In this document: piece by piece, positions 1-9,566 of the stretch
Layout: every line of letters starts with the position of its first letter
Position numbering within the stretch: the first letter of the stretch is position 1
Source: Caldivirga maquilingensis IC-167
GTDB taxonomy: Archaea; Thermoproteota; Thermoprotei; Thermoproteales; Thermocladiaceae
NCBI RefSeq assembly: GCF_000018305.1
Contig: NC_009954.1
Coordinates: forward strand, 300,001 to 332,000
Length of the DNA stretch: 32,000 bases
Direction of reading: 5' to 3'
The notes under the pieces: model-generated
Told to the model about the DNA's origin: nothing
Seen by the model: the letters and a program-made list of their open reading frames with translations, nothing else
Database searches by the model: none
Made by a program: the position numbers and the translations under genes

Positions 1-63
1 GGTTCACCCAGTACCCTACGTTACACCATTAACAACCTAAAGATATTTCTATTAGTCAACTAT

Positions 64-1953
64 ATGAAGCATATGAAGGTACTTAATGTTGACTTAACGA
101 GCGGAAGCGTAAGCATAACTAGCGTTGAGGCGCAGGGACCAGTAACCCTAGGCGTCAGGATACTGAGTAATGAGGATACTTACAGTAAGGATCCACTGGA
201 TCCAAGTGTACCCTTCATTATTGGTATAGGCCCCTTCGTTGGAGGTAAATTACCCGGCGTGCATAGGGCTATTGCAGTGTTTAAAAGCCCAATGACTAAG
301 ACTATTCACGTTGCCGCAATAGGTGGTGTTGCCTATAAGTTCATGGGTTCTGGTATTGATGCAGTGGTCGTGAGGGGACGTTCTGGGAAGCCCACTGCCC
401 TATTCATATCAAGCGATGGGGTTGAGGTAAGGCAAGTTAACCCAGTGTACTCTTATAGTGGGCTTAATGGCGTTTACGCCTTCACTAAGTACCTAATGGA
501 TTCCTTCAACGACTTCTTCACTAAGTATAATGCAAGGGCCATTGTAGTGGGTGAGGCGGCGTTGAAGACTTATAATGGTGCATTATTCTCAATTGACGTT
601 GATCCTAGGAGGAGGGAGTTTAAGCCTGGTGCCGAGGATACTGCAGCCAGGGGAGGGCCGGGTACTGTAATGGCTCAGGGCCATAATTTAGTAGCCATTG
701 TAGCCGGTGGTTCGGTTAAGGCTAGGTACGTTAAGGTAACTGACATGAATCTAATTAATAAGATGTCCATGGAGTCCTTTAAGAAGCCATTCATACAGGT
801 TATGGGTGAGAAGACTATTAAGTATAGGTATGACCCAAGCATGGGTACTGGTGGAACATTCGGTGTGAATTACCCGCATTATAGGGAGTTGCTACCCCTC
901 TTTGGCTATAAGTCAATATACATGCCTAGGGATATTAGGGTTAAGCACGTTGAGGCTATAATTAACCTATTCTGGAAGCCATTCAATGATGAAGTCTTCG
1001 TTAAAAGTAAGTCATGGTACAATTGCGGTGACTTCGGTTGCTCGGTTGTGTGTAAGAAGGTTTGGCGTGGTAAGAAGGTTGACTATGAACCATTCCACGC
1101 AGCTGGCCCATTCATAGGTAATTACATATTCCAGGAGGCCGTTAAGGTAGTTGACTTAATCGATGAATACGGCTTCGATGCAATAGAAATGGGACATGTG
1201 ATTGCCTGGGTCTTCGACTCCATTGAAAACGGCCTACTTAAACCTGAGGAGGTTGGCTTAAGTGATAAGCCTATTTTCAACCCCTATGAATTCGCGCCTG
1301 AGAGGGATTCGTTAAGGAATGCTAAGTTGGCTGGTGAATTAATTAATGGTTTAGTTAATAAGTCAACCCCAATACTCAGGATGATTGCTGAGAACGGTAT
1401 TAGGGTCTCGGCTAGGAGGCTTAATGAAATGTTCAGTGATAGGGTTAAGGCAACGGGTAAATCATTCAATGACCTAGTGGTCTACGTGGCCTACGGTGAG
1501 TCAGGTTACATGACGCCTAACTTCTACTGGACCCCAGGTATGGTTGCCCCAATGTACATACTTGGTAGGTACTGGACCAATTACTCTAATACATTCATGA
1601 AGCCTGAGGATTACGCTAAGTCAGCTTTGGAGAGGGCTATTAATGAGGCTTTAATTGATGATGCTGGGATATGCAGGTTCCATAGGGGTTGGGCTGAACC
1701 AATGCTTGAGAAAATGTACAGTGAGTTCACTGGAATGAAGCCTAATAAGAATCTTTACAGGGAGTTGGCTGAATACTCAATTAAGGCTGGGGCACAACCC
1801 AAGCCCTGGGAGAGCAGTAGGGCTGCTGACGTTGTTGCAACCTTAGCTAAGGAGATTGGTTCCAAGGAGTGGGTATTTGAGAGTAAGAGTGATTACACTG
1901 AATGGTGGATTAGGTATAAGGTTGCATTAGATAAGCAACTCGGTGTGGCTTAA
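64..1953 (+). CDS. Aldehyde:ferredoxin oxidoreductase (AOR) family tungsto/molybdopterin enzyme, divergent member
   Basis: 629-aa ORF. The N-terminus 'KVLNVDLTSG' is AOR-like. 'AARGGPGTVMAQGHNLVAIVAGG' resembles the AOR GRGGLGAVMG..LKAI block. It has a Cys cluster 'CGDFGCSVVC' and a distal 'DDAGICRF' (D-x-x-G-x-C). A TATA-like 'aaagatattt' lies at 39-48. ATG 64 and ATG 73 are both possible starts. Confidence 0.8.
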   Translation: MKHMKVLNVDLTSGSVSITSVEAQGPVTLGVRILSNEDTYSKDPLDPSVPFIIGIGPFVGGKLPGVHRAIAVFKSPMTKTIHVAAIGGVAYKFMGSGIDAVVVRGRSGKPTALFISSDGVEVRQVNPVYSYSGLNGVYAFTKYLMDSFNDFFTKYNARAIVVGEAALKTYNGALFSIDVDPRRREFKPGAEDTAARGGPGTVMAQGHNLVAIVAGGSVKARYVKVTDMNLINKMSMESFKKPFIQVMGEKTIKYRYDPSMGTGGTFGVNYPHYRELLPLFGYKSIYMPRDIRVKHVEAIINLFWKPFNDEVFVKSKSWYNCGDFGCSVVCKKVWRGKKVDYEPFHAAGPFIGNYIFQEAVKVVDLIDEYGFDAIEMGHVIAWVFDSIENGLLKPEEVGLSDKPIFNPYEFAPERDSLRNAKLAGELINGLVNKSTPILRMIAENGIRVSARRLNEMFSDRVKATGKSFNDLVVYVAYGESGYMTPNFYWTPGMVAPMYILGRYWTNYSNTFMKPEDYAKSALERAINEALIDDAGICRFHRGWAEPMLEKMYSEFTGMKPNKNLYRELAEYSIKAGAQPKPWESSRAADVVATLAKEIGSKEWVFESKSDYTEWWIRYKVALDKQLGVA

Positions 1954-1961
1954 AGTTAAGT

Positions 1962-3134
1962 CTACTGAGTTAAGCTTTGACTGGCGTTTTCCCACTCCTC
2001 AATTATCCATGATGGGGTAGCCAATATGGCCACGTATCCGCCGAAGGTTTTGCTTAGGGTTAGGCTCTCCTCAACGCTATTCGGTATGACTACTAGGTCT
2101 ATTTTCTTACCCCTAAGCATTGTTGTTAATTTAAAGATCTCATCCTCACCAATATCCTCACTTATTAACACAACCTTGGCAATACCCTTCTCAATGGCGT
2201 TCAACACGTTATCCCTACCATAGACTATGTAGTCAGGCTTCTTAACGGCAATATACATTACCTCCTCCATCAGTTTCTTAGCCTTAACATACTCAGTCTC
2301 CTTAAGCTTATCCTCAGAGGCCTTAATAGCCTCCAATACACCACTAATATCTGCACAGCAGGCGGGTACTATTGCAATTATCTTATCCATGAGTCTACTA
2401 TCTAAGCCACCCTCCTTAAGGAAGTCCTCCTTAGTTGGCCCTGGGCCAGCTACAATAATACCCTTAAGGTTCGGTATTTGAAGCAGTATCTTATTAGCAT
2501 CCTCGGCAACGAGCTTATAGAATGTCTCAGCCAGGTGTTCAGTCTGTCTCTTAAACCTTAAGGCTGATTGACCACCTGCATGATGCTTATTGGGTACGAA
2601 GAACTCGACCTTATCCACTATCTCCCAGTAACTACCCTTAAGTAACGCTATGACAGCCTCCCCCCTCTCAATAACTATTATCCCGAACACTGATGATGAT
2701 GCCGATATCATATCCTCAAGGAGCTCAGTGTGGAAGCGAGTATCGCAGACGTACTTATACGTACTTATCTTATATGGGGGTATTATAGCGTACATGACCC
2801 ACTTATAGCTACCCGGCTTCTCCATGTGGAAGCCTCCGAATACCGCTAAACCATTGGGTGGTGCTTTAGCCGTACCCTTTAATGCGTTAATTATCCTCTC
2901 CAAGGCATCTTGAACATGAGTCCTAGTTGTCTTATCCTTAATGTTACTTGCAACCGACCACTCATTCCTAAGCATGTTTAAGACATCTGGTATTGGCCTA
3001 TCCCCATTAATGTAGAGTGATATTAAGGTTGTTGCATAACCCCTGTATTTCTTCAGTAATTGAATCATTATCTTCAACTCCTCCCCATCTGTTATTCCAG
3101 TGCGTCCACCTAGGACACCATCAACCTTTAACAA
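1962..3134 (-). CDS. prf1: Peptide chain release factor aRF1
   Basis: It carries the GGQ motif 'HHAGGQSALRFKRQ', the YxCxxxF motif as 'YVCDTRF', and the NIKS loop as 'SNIKDKTTR'. The longest ORF starts at TTG 3134. ATG 3068, preceded by GGAGGAG, is an alternative start (368 aa). Confidence 0.9.
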   Translation of the reverse strand: MLKVDGVLGGRTGITDGEELKIMIQLLKKYRGYATTLISLYINGDRPIPDVLNMLRNEWSVASNIKDKTTRTHVQDALERIINALKGTAKAPPNGLAVFGGFHMEKPGSYKWVMYAIIPPYKISTYKYVCDTRFHTELLEDMISASSSVFGIIVIERGEAVIALLKGSYWEIVDKVEFFVPNKHHAGGQSALRFKRQTEHLAETFYKLVAEDANKILLQIPNLKGIIVAGPGPTKEDFLKEGGLDSRLMDKIIAIVPACCADISGVLEAIKASEDKLKETEYVKAKKLMEEVMYIAVKKPDYIVYGRDNVLNAIEKGIAKVVLISEDIGEDEIFKLTTMLRGKKIDLVVIPNSVEESLTLSKTFGGYVAILATPSWIIEEWENASQSLTQ

Positions 3135-3224
3135 TAATGCTTTATAAACCTTTTCCCCGCATGTAAAAACACCTACAGGTTACTGATCGAATGATTTATT
3201 AAGCCTAATTAGACGGTAAGTAAC

Positions 3225-4394
3225 GTGGGGTTAACGGGATTTGCCGACTTACCACTGCATGAGGGGCATGTTCCACCCTGGTTATTCAGCAGAATGATTA
3301 AGTTAACCTCATTGATAATTAGGTTAATGCACGATGAGTACGGTGTTAAGGGTACAATAAGGCTCTTCAGTAATCCAATCTTCTTCCAATCCTTCAATAA
3401 CATAATAGGAATGGACTGGGACTCCTCGGGAAGCACCACCGTGACCACCGCTGCGCTTAAGGAGGCGTTGGGGTCATTGGACATTGGAATCAAGGTGGTT
3501 GGGGGTAAGGGGGAGTATGCGTTGAGGGTTCCAGATGAGTTAAGGGAATTGGAGAAGGTCTTCAACATTAATTCAGAGGAGTTGATAACTGTATCAAGGT
3601 TAGTGGCTAAGGTGGATAATGTCGCCCTCCAGGATGGGCATAGGCTATACCATCACTCAATGATTGTTGGGGAGGATGGGACGTGGGCTGTTATTCAACA
3701 GGGCCTTAACCCTGAAACCAAGTACGCTAGGAGGTATCATTGGTGGATGGAGACTAGTTTCATTAATAACCCCCATGAGGGAATCGTGGGGGTTAAGGGC
3801 AACTACGCGTTAAACACCGTCAGCAGCACCAGTGAGGAGGCGCGTTCAGCGATTATTGATATTGTTAATCAGGACCCAGTTAAGGTGAGTAGGGATTTAG
3901 CTAGGGTGAAGTCCATGATGAGGGGTTATGGGAATAAGTCAATCCTAAGCTACATAAATGACACTAATGATGAGTCACCATCCTACTATAACCCTAGGCT
4001 CAACATTATTGTGAACAGGGGGTTAAGCATAAGTGAAGAGGCGTTGAGAAATGCCAGGGGTGTTGACTCATTCAAGAACCTACTGTTAATTAGGGGTATA
4101 GGGCCTAGTACCATGCTTGCCCTAGCCCTAATAGCGCAATTAATTTACGAAGCACCAGTGGATTGGACTGACCCGGTTAACCTCGACCCTAGGAGGTTTG
4201 CATTCGCCTTGGGTGGTAAGGATGGTTCACCATACCCAGTGAGTAAGGAAGTATACGATACGGTTCTTGATCTTTTAAATAGAATAGTAGATAACATTAA
4301 TAGGGATGGTGGTTTAAAACCATATTTAAGGCATATTGCCAAGGTTGCTAAGAAACTTAACCTACCTATTGATTTAGTTAAACCAACTTATTAA
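3225..4394 (+). CDS. DUF763-family protein of unknown function (archaeal conserved)
   Basis: 389-aa ORF. 'ADLPLHEGHVPPWLFSRM' and 'MDWDSSGSTTVT' match my memory of DUF763 conserved blocks. No HMM search was run. Confidence 0.6.
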   Translation: MGLTGFADLPLHEGHVPPWLFSRMIKLTSLIIRLMHDEYGVKGTIRLFSNPIFFQSFNNIIGMDWDSSGSTTVTTAALKEALGSLDIGIKVVGGKGEYALRVPDELRELEKVFNINSEELITVSRLVAKVDNVALQDGHRLYHHSMIVGEDGTWAVIQQGLNPETKYARRYHWWMETSFINNPHEGIVGVKGNYALNTVSSTSEEARSAIIDIVNQDPVKVSRDLARVKSMMRGYGNKSILSYINDTNDESPSYYNPRLNIIVNRGLSISEEALRNARGVDSFKNLLLIRGIGPSTMLALALIAQLIYEAPVDWTDPVNLDPRRFAFALGGKDGSPYPVSKEVYDTVLDLLNRIVDNINRDGGLKPYLRHIAKVAKKLNLPIDLVKPTY

Positions 4395-4414
4395 GCCATT
4401 GATTCAGGCACGCA

Positions 4415-4630
4415 TTACGCTACCTTATACATCCTGGTCTTTTCATCGTACATTAACACTATTGGTGATGGGTAAACTGATGGTATTATAATCACTCTTC
4501 TATCCTCAACAGTATTAGTCGCTAATGCACCATTACCTAACTTAGCGTCTGCATTCCTCATTGGACTCCTTATTGTCCTAAGCGTACTACTTATGATCTT
4601 CACTGACCCTCTTATACTCATTTTACTCAC
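4415..4630 (-). CDS. Small hypothetical protein (71 aa, basic N-terminus)
   Basis: The ORF has a GTG start at 4630 and an ATG at 4621. A strong TATA-like 'tatataaa' (complement of 4656-4663) lies about 30 nt upstream. No family was recognised. Confidence 0.4.
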   Translation of the reverse strand: MSKMSIRGSVKIISSTLRTIRSPMRNADAKLGNGALATNTVEDRRVIIIPSVYPSPIVLMYDEKTRMYKVA

Positions 4631-4749
4631 CTCAAGTGCACCTTGGGGCTAGGGCTTTATATAGCTTTCTGGTATGTGAAGTGTACGCTATAAATAGGTT
4701 ATTATTAATAACATAAACTATATAGTTACTGCATAATTCATCCTGGAAT

Positions 4750-5937
4750 CTAAACCAAGCTACTGTACTTGATTACATTAACCCCAAGCATTCTTAGGAA
4801 AACCATTAATTCATTCACATAGTTACCGGGGACAATAACATGGTGATTCGCCGGTGCGTAATTAAGTATCACCGAGGAGTCGAAGTTAACCTTAATCTCC
4901 GCCTGGGTCCTGCATGCATTAAGGTTCAAGTTACCTGACCTGTTCAATAACCCAGTGAACACGTACACATTATTGAAGTCAGATGAAACTGAGGCAGCGG
5001 TCACTGTCCTGGCATTAATCTCAGCTGATATTGAGTATGGGTTCCCTGATTCGTAATGAGTCACAACCTTACCTGACTTAATCATGTTAAGGGCTATTGT
5101 GCAGTGCGACATACGTACTAGGTTACCTTCAATATCATTAACATTAGCAATCCAGCCACTGTAACCTGTTAATGCGTGAAACACCATCATTAGGAACAGT
5201 GACTTTAAGTCATACTCACAGGCCGTTAACCTACCCTCCTCGTTTAGCTTCGCTAATGCTAGGCATGGGGTTACCCCGTGCTTTATTAAGTATGGGAAGC
5301 AATTCAACGCTAATGCATCGTAGTTTCTTGCAATGCCTAGTAAAGCCACGTAAACCTTACCCACGTTAATTAACTTATCCAGTGGAACCTCGAAGGCTAA
5401 CCTATCCAACACATCATCCATGAATGATTTAGCGTCAGTATTCTTCACCTTATCAACAGCCTCCTCAAATAGGCTCATGGGTATTGCATCAACCTTAGCA
5501 TTAAACTTCCTCTCAAAGGCCTCACCCACACTCCCCTTATCATCAACACCCACTAGGGCCACCTTAGATCCCTTAATCCTAAGTATAGACTCCATTACCT
5601 TAACGACCTTAGGTACATCATTAATACTATCCAAGTGATAAATAGACGCCGCAACCCCCCTCTCCTCCAGAATTGCCCTAGCCGATATTGCTGAGGCTAA
5701 GCTGTTATTTAATGAGTGAGATAGTATCATTGCGCTTCTAATTCCATTAAGGTCAACGAACCGTGCAACCATTCTACTGACTCCCCCTGATAATATTAGT
5801 AATACTGGTATTGAGTCACCAACCTTAACGTTGCCTACATCATCTTCACTGTAGATGACGGCGTCAACGCCATTTAATGCACTAATCCTATGTTTATGAA
5901 TCGGTGAAGCAAAGCCCACCACTATTACTTTACCCAT
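4750..5937 (-). CDS. L-fucose/L-arabinose isomerase-like family protein (function uncertain)
   Basis: 395-aa ORF. 'LALNCFPYLIKHGVTPCLALAKLNEEGRLTACEYDLKS' resembles the conserved core of COG2407-type sugar isomerases (C..PCLA.S.L...G....CE.D). Only the family-level call is supported. Confidence 0.5.
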   Translation of the reverse strand: MGKVIVVGFASPIHKHRISALNGVDAVIYSEDDVGNVKVGDSIPVLLILSGGVSRMVARFVDLNGIRSAMILSHSLNNSLASAISARAILEERGVAASIYHLDSINDVPKVVKVMESILRIKGSKVALVGVDDKGSVGEAFERKFNAKVDAIPMSLFEEAVDKVKNTDAKSFMDDVLDRLAFEVPLDKLINVGKVYVALLGIARNYDALALNCFPYLIKHGVTPCLALAKLNEEGRLTACEYDLKSLFLMMVFHALTGYSGWIANVNDIEGNLVRMSHCTIALNMIKSGKVVTHYESGNPYSISAEINARTVTAASVSSDFNNVYVFTGLLNRSGNLNLNACRTQAEIKVNFDSSVILNYAPANHHVIVPGNYVNELMVFLRMLGVNVIKYSSLV

Positions 5938-6020
5938 AAAGTAAAGCTCAACTACAATGCTTTTAATACTGACTTCATCACTAAGTAATGAATTAAATGC
6001 ATGTTATATGGCTATCTACT

Positions 6021-6848
6021 TCATTTACCTTCGCTTGAAATGGCGTTAATAATGTTAAGTATTGATAAAACCGCTATTATAGCCTCCTCAGTCCTTATGG
6101 TTACAAGCCCTTGATTAGGCACGAAGTTCACGAATAATGATGAATTAAGCACATCCCCTAATCCCTCACCCTTAAGTATGTCGTCAACACCCATGCGTGG
6201 GGATCCGAAGACGACTACAACATCCTCATCCTTAAGCGCCCTTAGTTTATTAATCTCATTAATAACACTGTTCCCCTCCTTACCTGTGAGTATTAGGTTC
6301 CTTAATTTAACTAAGTCCCTTAATTCAATTATATTAGCACTGTAGCCTGCATACACCTTACTACTCTTCACCACATGTCCCCTGTAAAACCTATTACTAA
6401 TCATTGAGTCTATTGAAACCAGTAGCATTGACTTAATTGGGTATGGTTTAGGTACCTTAACGTAAGTATCCTCACCCACCTTAACTATTGAGTAATACCC
6501 CTCCCACCTAATCACTAAGCCAATCCTCACGTCCCCTGTCCTTGGGTTAGATTTCCTATGACCAAACACTGGTAGTGTTAATGGTTGAAGTAACCCAGCA
6601 AGCCTTAGGTCAGGGTCTATTCCAAATAAGTCCTTCCTTAAATACGGTGGAGTCACTAGGTACTCCAGGTTCTTCTTTATGAATGATGCTTTCCTTAAAG
6701 GTTCATCACCCTTAAAGGTGTAGATTAATATGCTCCTAACCCTAAATATTGCCGCCGCCCTACCTATGTAGCCTATCTTCCTAACAGCCTCCTCCTCCGT
6801 GGTGGATTCCTCAGTTACATTGTACGGTATTGCAATACTAATATTCAT
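6021..6848 (-). CDS. Putative SPOUT-class RNA methyltransferase (DUF171/COG2106 family)
   Basis: 275-aa ORF. The N-terminal 'ISIAIPYNV...IGYIGRAAAIFRVRSILIY' matches the Methyltrn_RNA_3 signature (lsvaiPsS....gqIaRAaaiFrVdeI) as I recall it. Confidence 0.65.
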   Translation of the reverse strand: MNISIAIPYNVTEESTTEEEAVRKIGYIGRAAAIFRVRSILIYTFKGDEPLRKASFIKKNLEYLVTPPYLRKDLFGIDPDLRLAGLLQPLTLPVFGHRKSNPRTGDVRIGLVIRWEGYYSIVKVGEDTYVKVPKPYPIKSMLLVSIDSMISNRFYRGHVVKSSKVYAGYSANIIELRDLVKLRNLILTGKEGNSVINEINKLRALKDEDVVVVFGSPRMGVDDILKGEGLGDVLNSSLFVNFVPNQGLVTIRTEEAIIAVLSILNIINAISSEGK

Positions 6849-6945
6849 TAATCACCACCACTGCTTTAATGCTTTTGTCCGTTACCGTGCCTTTTAAGGT
6901 TGGCCTGCGGCTAATGCTTAAATCCCTTAACTAAACCAGTTAGTA

Positions 6946-8349
6946 ATGAATTTTGAAGCCTTTAGGGTTGAGGTTAGGAGGATTATTGATGAGGATAGGA
7001 TTATTGAATCCCAGGGGGAATTAATGCTATACTCCTATGACGCCTCCCCAGCTGAACAAGCTATGCCCAGGATGGTTATTCAACCATTAACCACAGGCGA
7101 GGTTTCCGAGATACTTAAGCTGGCTAACGAATACCTAGTGCCAGTAGTCCCAAGTAGTGGTAGGACAAGCCTGCATGGTGGACCAATACCGTATAATGGT
7201 GCCGTGGTGATTGACTTAATGAGGATGAATAAGGTGCTTGAGGTTAACTTAGAGGACAGTTACGTTCATAGTGAAGTCGGGGTTAGGTTAGATGAGCTTA
7301 ACGCTGAATTAGCAAGGTACGGGCACTTCTTCCCACCTGATCCGGCAAGTAGTGCCGCAGCCACAGTGGGTGGTTCATTGGCTAATGGTGCAGGAGGTAT
7401 GAGGGGGGCTAAGTATGGTACTGTTAAGGACTGGGTACTTGGGGCTGAGGTTGTTTTACCAACAGGTGAAGTGACTTTCATGGGTTGCAGGACACTGAAG
7501 TGTAGGGCTGGGTATGATTTACTAAACCTAATAATAGGTAGTGAGGGGACACTGGGGGTGGTTACTAACGCCTACCTTAAAATATGGCCACTGCCGGAGG
7601 CTGTGGTTAGGTTAAGGGTTTACTTTAAGAGTATTATTGATGCGGCTAAGGCTGTTGGGGTTATTAAGTCTAGGGGGTTCAGGCCATTGATAATTGAGTT
7701 CCTGGATGAGGGGACTATGGAGGCTGTTTCAAACTACGTGAGGGAATTCAAGTACCCTGAGAGCGCTGAGGCCATGTTAATAATTGATATTGATGGTCCA
7801 CCTGAGGCCATGGATAGGTACGTTAACTCAATGGTAACCCTACTCAAGGAGACAGGGGGCTTTGAGATTGAGTGGACTAGTAATAGGGATGAAATGGAGA
7901 AAATATACATGGCTAGGAGGGCTGCTTACCCAGCATTACTTAGATTATTCAGTAATGATAGGGTGATGCCTGAAGACATATCAGTACCCCCATCTAAGCT
8001 ACCTGAGGCGGTGAAGGGGATTAGGGATATTGGTGATAAGTATGGGTTGAGGATAGTTACGTGGGGGCATGTTGGGGATGGTAACCTTCACCCAAACATA
8101 ATCTATAACCCAAGTGACCAATCCTCAATATCAAGACTACACGCAGTTACTAGGGAAATAGGCCTACTCGCAATTAACCTAGGCGGTACTGTGAGTAGTG
8201 AGCATGGTATTGGGGTCCTTAAGAAGGATCTACTGGTTAATGAACTTGAAGTTAAGGGTATAGCCCAGTTAAGGTTAATGAAGGCTATAAAGAAGGCTTT
8301 TGATCCAAATAACATTCTTAATCCAGGTAAGGTGATTGATGTTGATTAA
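6946..8349 (+). CDS. FAD-linked oxidase, GlcD / D-lactate dehydrogenase family
   Basis: 467-aa ORF with an FAD_binding_4-type N-domain ('VVPSSGRTSLHGG', 'GSLANGAGGMRGAKYGT', 'GSEGTLGVVT') and a C-domain ('GHVGDGNLHPNI', 'GTVSSEHGIGVLKK', 'DPNNILNPGKV'). A TATA-like 'gcttaaatcc' lies about 25 nt upstream of ATG 6946, suggesting a leaderless mRNA. Confidence 0.85.
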   Translation: MNFEAFRVEVRRIIDEDRIIESQGELMLYSYDASPAEQAMPRMVIQPLTTGEVSEILKLANEYLVPVVPSSGRTSLHGGPIPYNGAVVIDLMRMNKVLEVNLEDSYVHSEVGVRLDELNAELARYGHFFPPDPASSAAATVGGSLANGAGGMRGAKYGTVKDWVLGAEVVLPTGEVTFMGCRTLKCRAGYDLLNLIIGSEGTLGVVTNAYLKIWPLPEAVVRLRVYFKSIIDAAKAVGVIKSRGFRPLIIEFLDEGTMEAVSNYVREFKYPESAEAMLIIDIDGPPEAMDRYVNSMVTLLKETGGFEIEWTSNRDEMEKIYMARRAAYPALLRLFSNDRVMPEDISVPPSKLPEAVKGIRDIGDKYGLRIVTWGHVGDGNLHPNIIYNPSDQSSISRLHAVTREIGLLAINLGGTVSSEHGIGVLKKDLLVNELEVKGIAQLRLMKAIKKAFDPNNILNPGKVIDVD

Positions 8350-8647
8350 TGATGAAGCTAAGTTAATTGTTAATGAATATGCCTTAACCAGATGCGCCCG
8401 CTGCAACTTCTGCGAGTCCGTTTGCCCAACATACATTGCATTTAGGCGTAGGGTTTATGGACCAAGGGGTAGGATATGGATAATAATGTTCCTTTCTCAA
8501 GGCGTTAAGCTAAGTAATGATGAGTCCACAGGCCTATTAACATGCCTAGGGTGTAGGGCATGTGACCTAGTATGCCCAGCAGGCATTAGGATAGCTGAGG
8601 CTATTCATGACGCCAAGGTTCTACTGGTTAAGGCTGCTTTAAAGTAG
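8336..8647 (+). CDS. Small 2x[4Fe-4S] ferredoxin-like protein (GlcF/HdrC N-terminal module without CCG domains)
   Basis: 103 aa. It has two CxxCxxCxxxCP motifs ('CARCNFCESVCP', 'CLGCRACDLVCP') and a 'GPRGRI' block as in GlcF-type FeS subunits. ATG 8339 overlaps the upstream gene's stop (8347-8349) and follows GGTGAT. Confidence 0.75.
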   Translation: MMLINDEAKLIVNEYALTRCARCNFCESVCPTYIAFRRRVYGPRGRIWIIMFLSQGVKLSNDESTGLLTCLGCRACDLVCPAGIRIAEAIHDAKVLLVKAALK

Positions 8648-8688
8648 GCCTAATGTTAATTGCGAAGGGTAGGCTTATATTGTTAAGG

Positions 8689-8698
8689 CATTTAAGGT
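8689..8698 (+). promoter_or_regulatory. TATA-like box for the cytochrome b-aprBA-sat operon
   Basis: 'catttaaggt' is centred about 27 nt upstream of ATG 8721. This spacing is typical of archaeal leaderless transcripts. Confidence 0.45.
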
Positions 8699-8720
8699 AA
8701 ATTAACTAATCCCTCATTGT

Positions 8721-9566
8721 ATGATCGAGTTAAAAATACCAATACCACATGAGTGGATAATACTAGGCGCTGTTGGGCTTCTCATTGAAATGGCCATAGG
8801 ATTCATTATACAAATACGCAGAGGCATACTATCATTATCCAGCCTAGGCAACTTCATACCGATAAAAGGACCCACACGCAACTGGGGTAGTGGGGGTGCT
8901 TTATTAGCGGCCTTAGCCGCTGCATTCGCATATCCATTCTACGGTGCACCAATGACCTCATGCCACAGTCAAGCATCATACCTCAGTAGGCCTAGGGTTA
9001 AGGCTATTGCGCATGCATTGGTTTGGTGGGGTTTCGTATTGGCTGCAGTATCCACTACCCTGGGCTTCGCATTTGATGAGTGGGTTAACTCAACAACATT
9101 CATACCCGGTGGTAAACTGGGTGAAGCAGGACCCTACGCAGTCATTGGAACCGGGGCCCTTGGCGGTGTATTGATAGTGGTGGGTTTCGTATTAATGATG
9201 GTGGCTAGGTGGCAGGGAACCATGCCTATTAATGAATCAGCCTTAACTGACGTCTTCCTTTGGTTAGCCTTCCTAACAGCCCTAAGTGGCTTTGGGGTAA
9301 TGGGTGTTGAGTTAACAATACCTGGTAATTACTTAGCGGTTGAGTCAGCCTTCAGCGTACACATAATCATTGTCCTACTCATGTTCGCCACAATGCCTTG
9401 GACTAAGTTTGGGCACGCCATATACATGTACGTGTGGCAGGTCTATGATAGGTATAGGACTTGGAGGGGTATTGAACCTAGGCTCCTTGGCCCATGGAGC
9501 GGTGAATTAGCTGAGAAGGCTCTTCACTCACATCACCCTGCACATAAGCCCAAGGTGACCAGCTGA
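8721..9566 (+). CDS. Integral membrane cytochrome b-like protein, NarI/HdrE/DsrM family (AprM-like anchor)
   Basis: 281 aa with about 6 hydrophobic helices by eye. His98, His214 and His232 lie in or next to those helices. 'MPWTKFGH' resembles the P-[FW]-[ST]-[KR]-x-x-H motif at the last helix of NarI-family proteins. The stop overlaps the aprB start (TGATG at 9564-9568). Confidence 0.6.
   Translation: MIELKIPIPHEWIILGAVGLLIEMAIGFIIQIRRGILSLSSLGNFIPIKGPTRNWGSGGALLAALAAAFAYPFYGAPMTSCHSQASYLSRPRVKAIAHALVWWGFVLAAVSTTLGFAFDEWVNSTTFIPGGKLGEAGPYAVIGTGALGGVLIVVGFVLMMVARWQGTMPINESALTDVFLWLAFLTALSGFGVMGVELTIPGNYLAVESAFSVHIIIVLLMFATMPWTKFGHAIYMYVWQVYDRYRTWRGIEPRLLGPWSGELAEKALHSHHPAHKPKVTS

Noticed and set aside
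2900-2960. The aRF1 stop-codon recognition loop reads NIKD rather than the textbook NIKS, which might hint at altered stop-codon decoding.
   Set aside because: TAA, TAG and TGA all terminate well-supported ORFs in this window (for example AOR with TAA, the FeS protein with TAG and aprA with TGA). The substitution is probably lineage-typical variation. Without an alignment I cannot claim it is unusual.
3209-3568. A 119-aa minus-strand ORF overlaps the 5' end of the DUF763 gene.
   Set aside because: It is antisense to a well-supported conserved N-terminus ('ADLPLHEGHVPPWLF'), has a Ser/Leu/Asn-rich composition, and has no independent signals.
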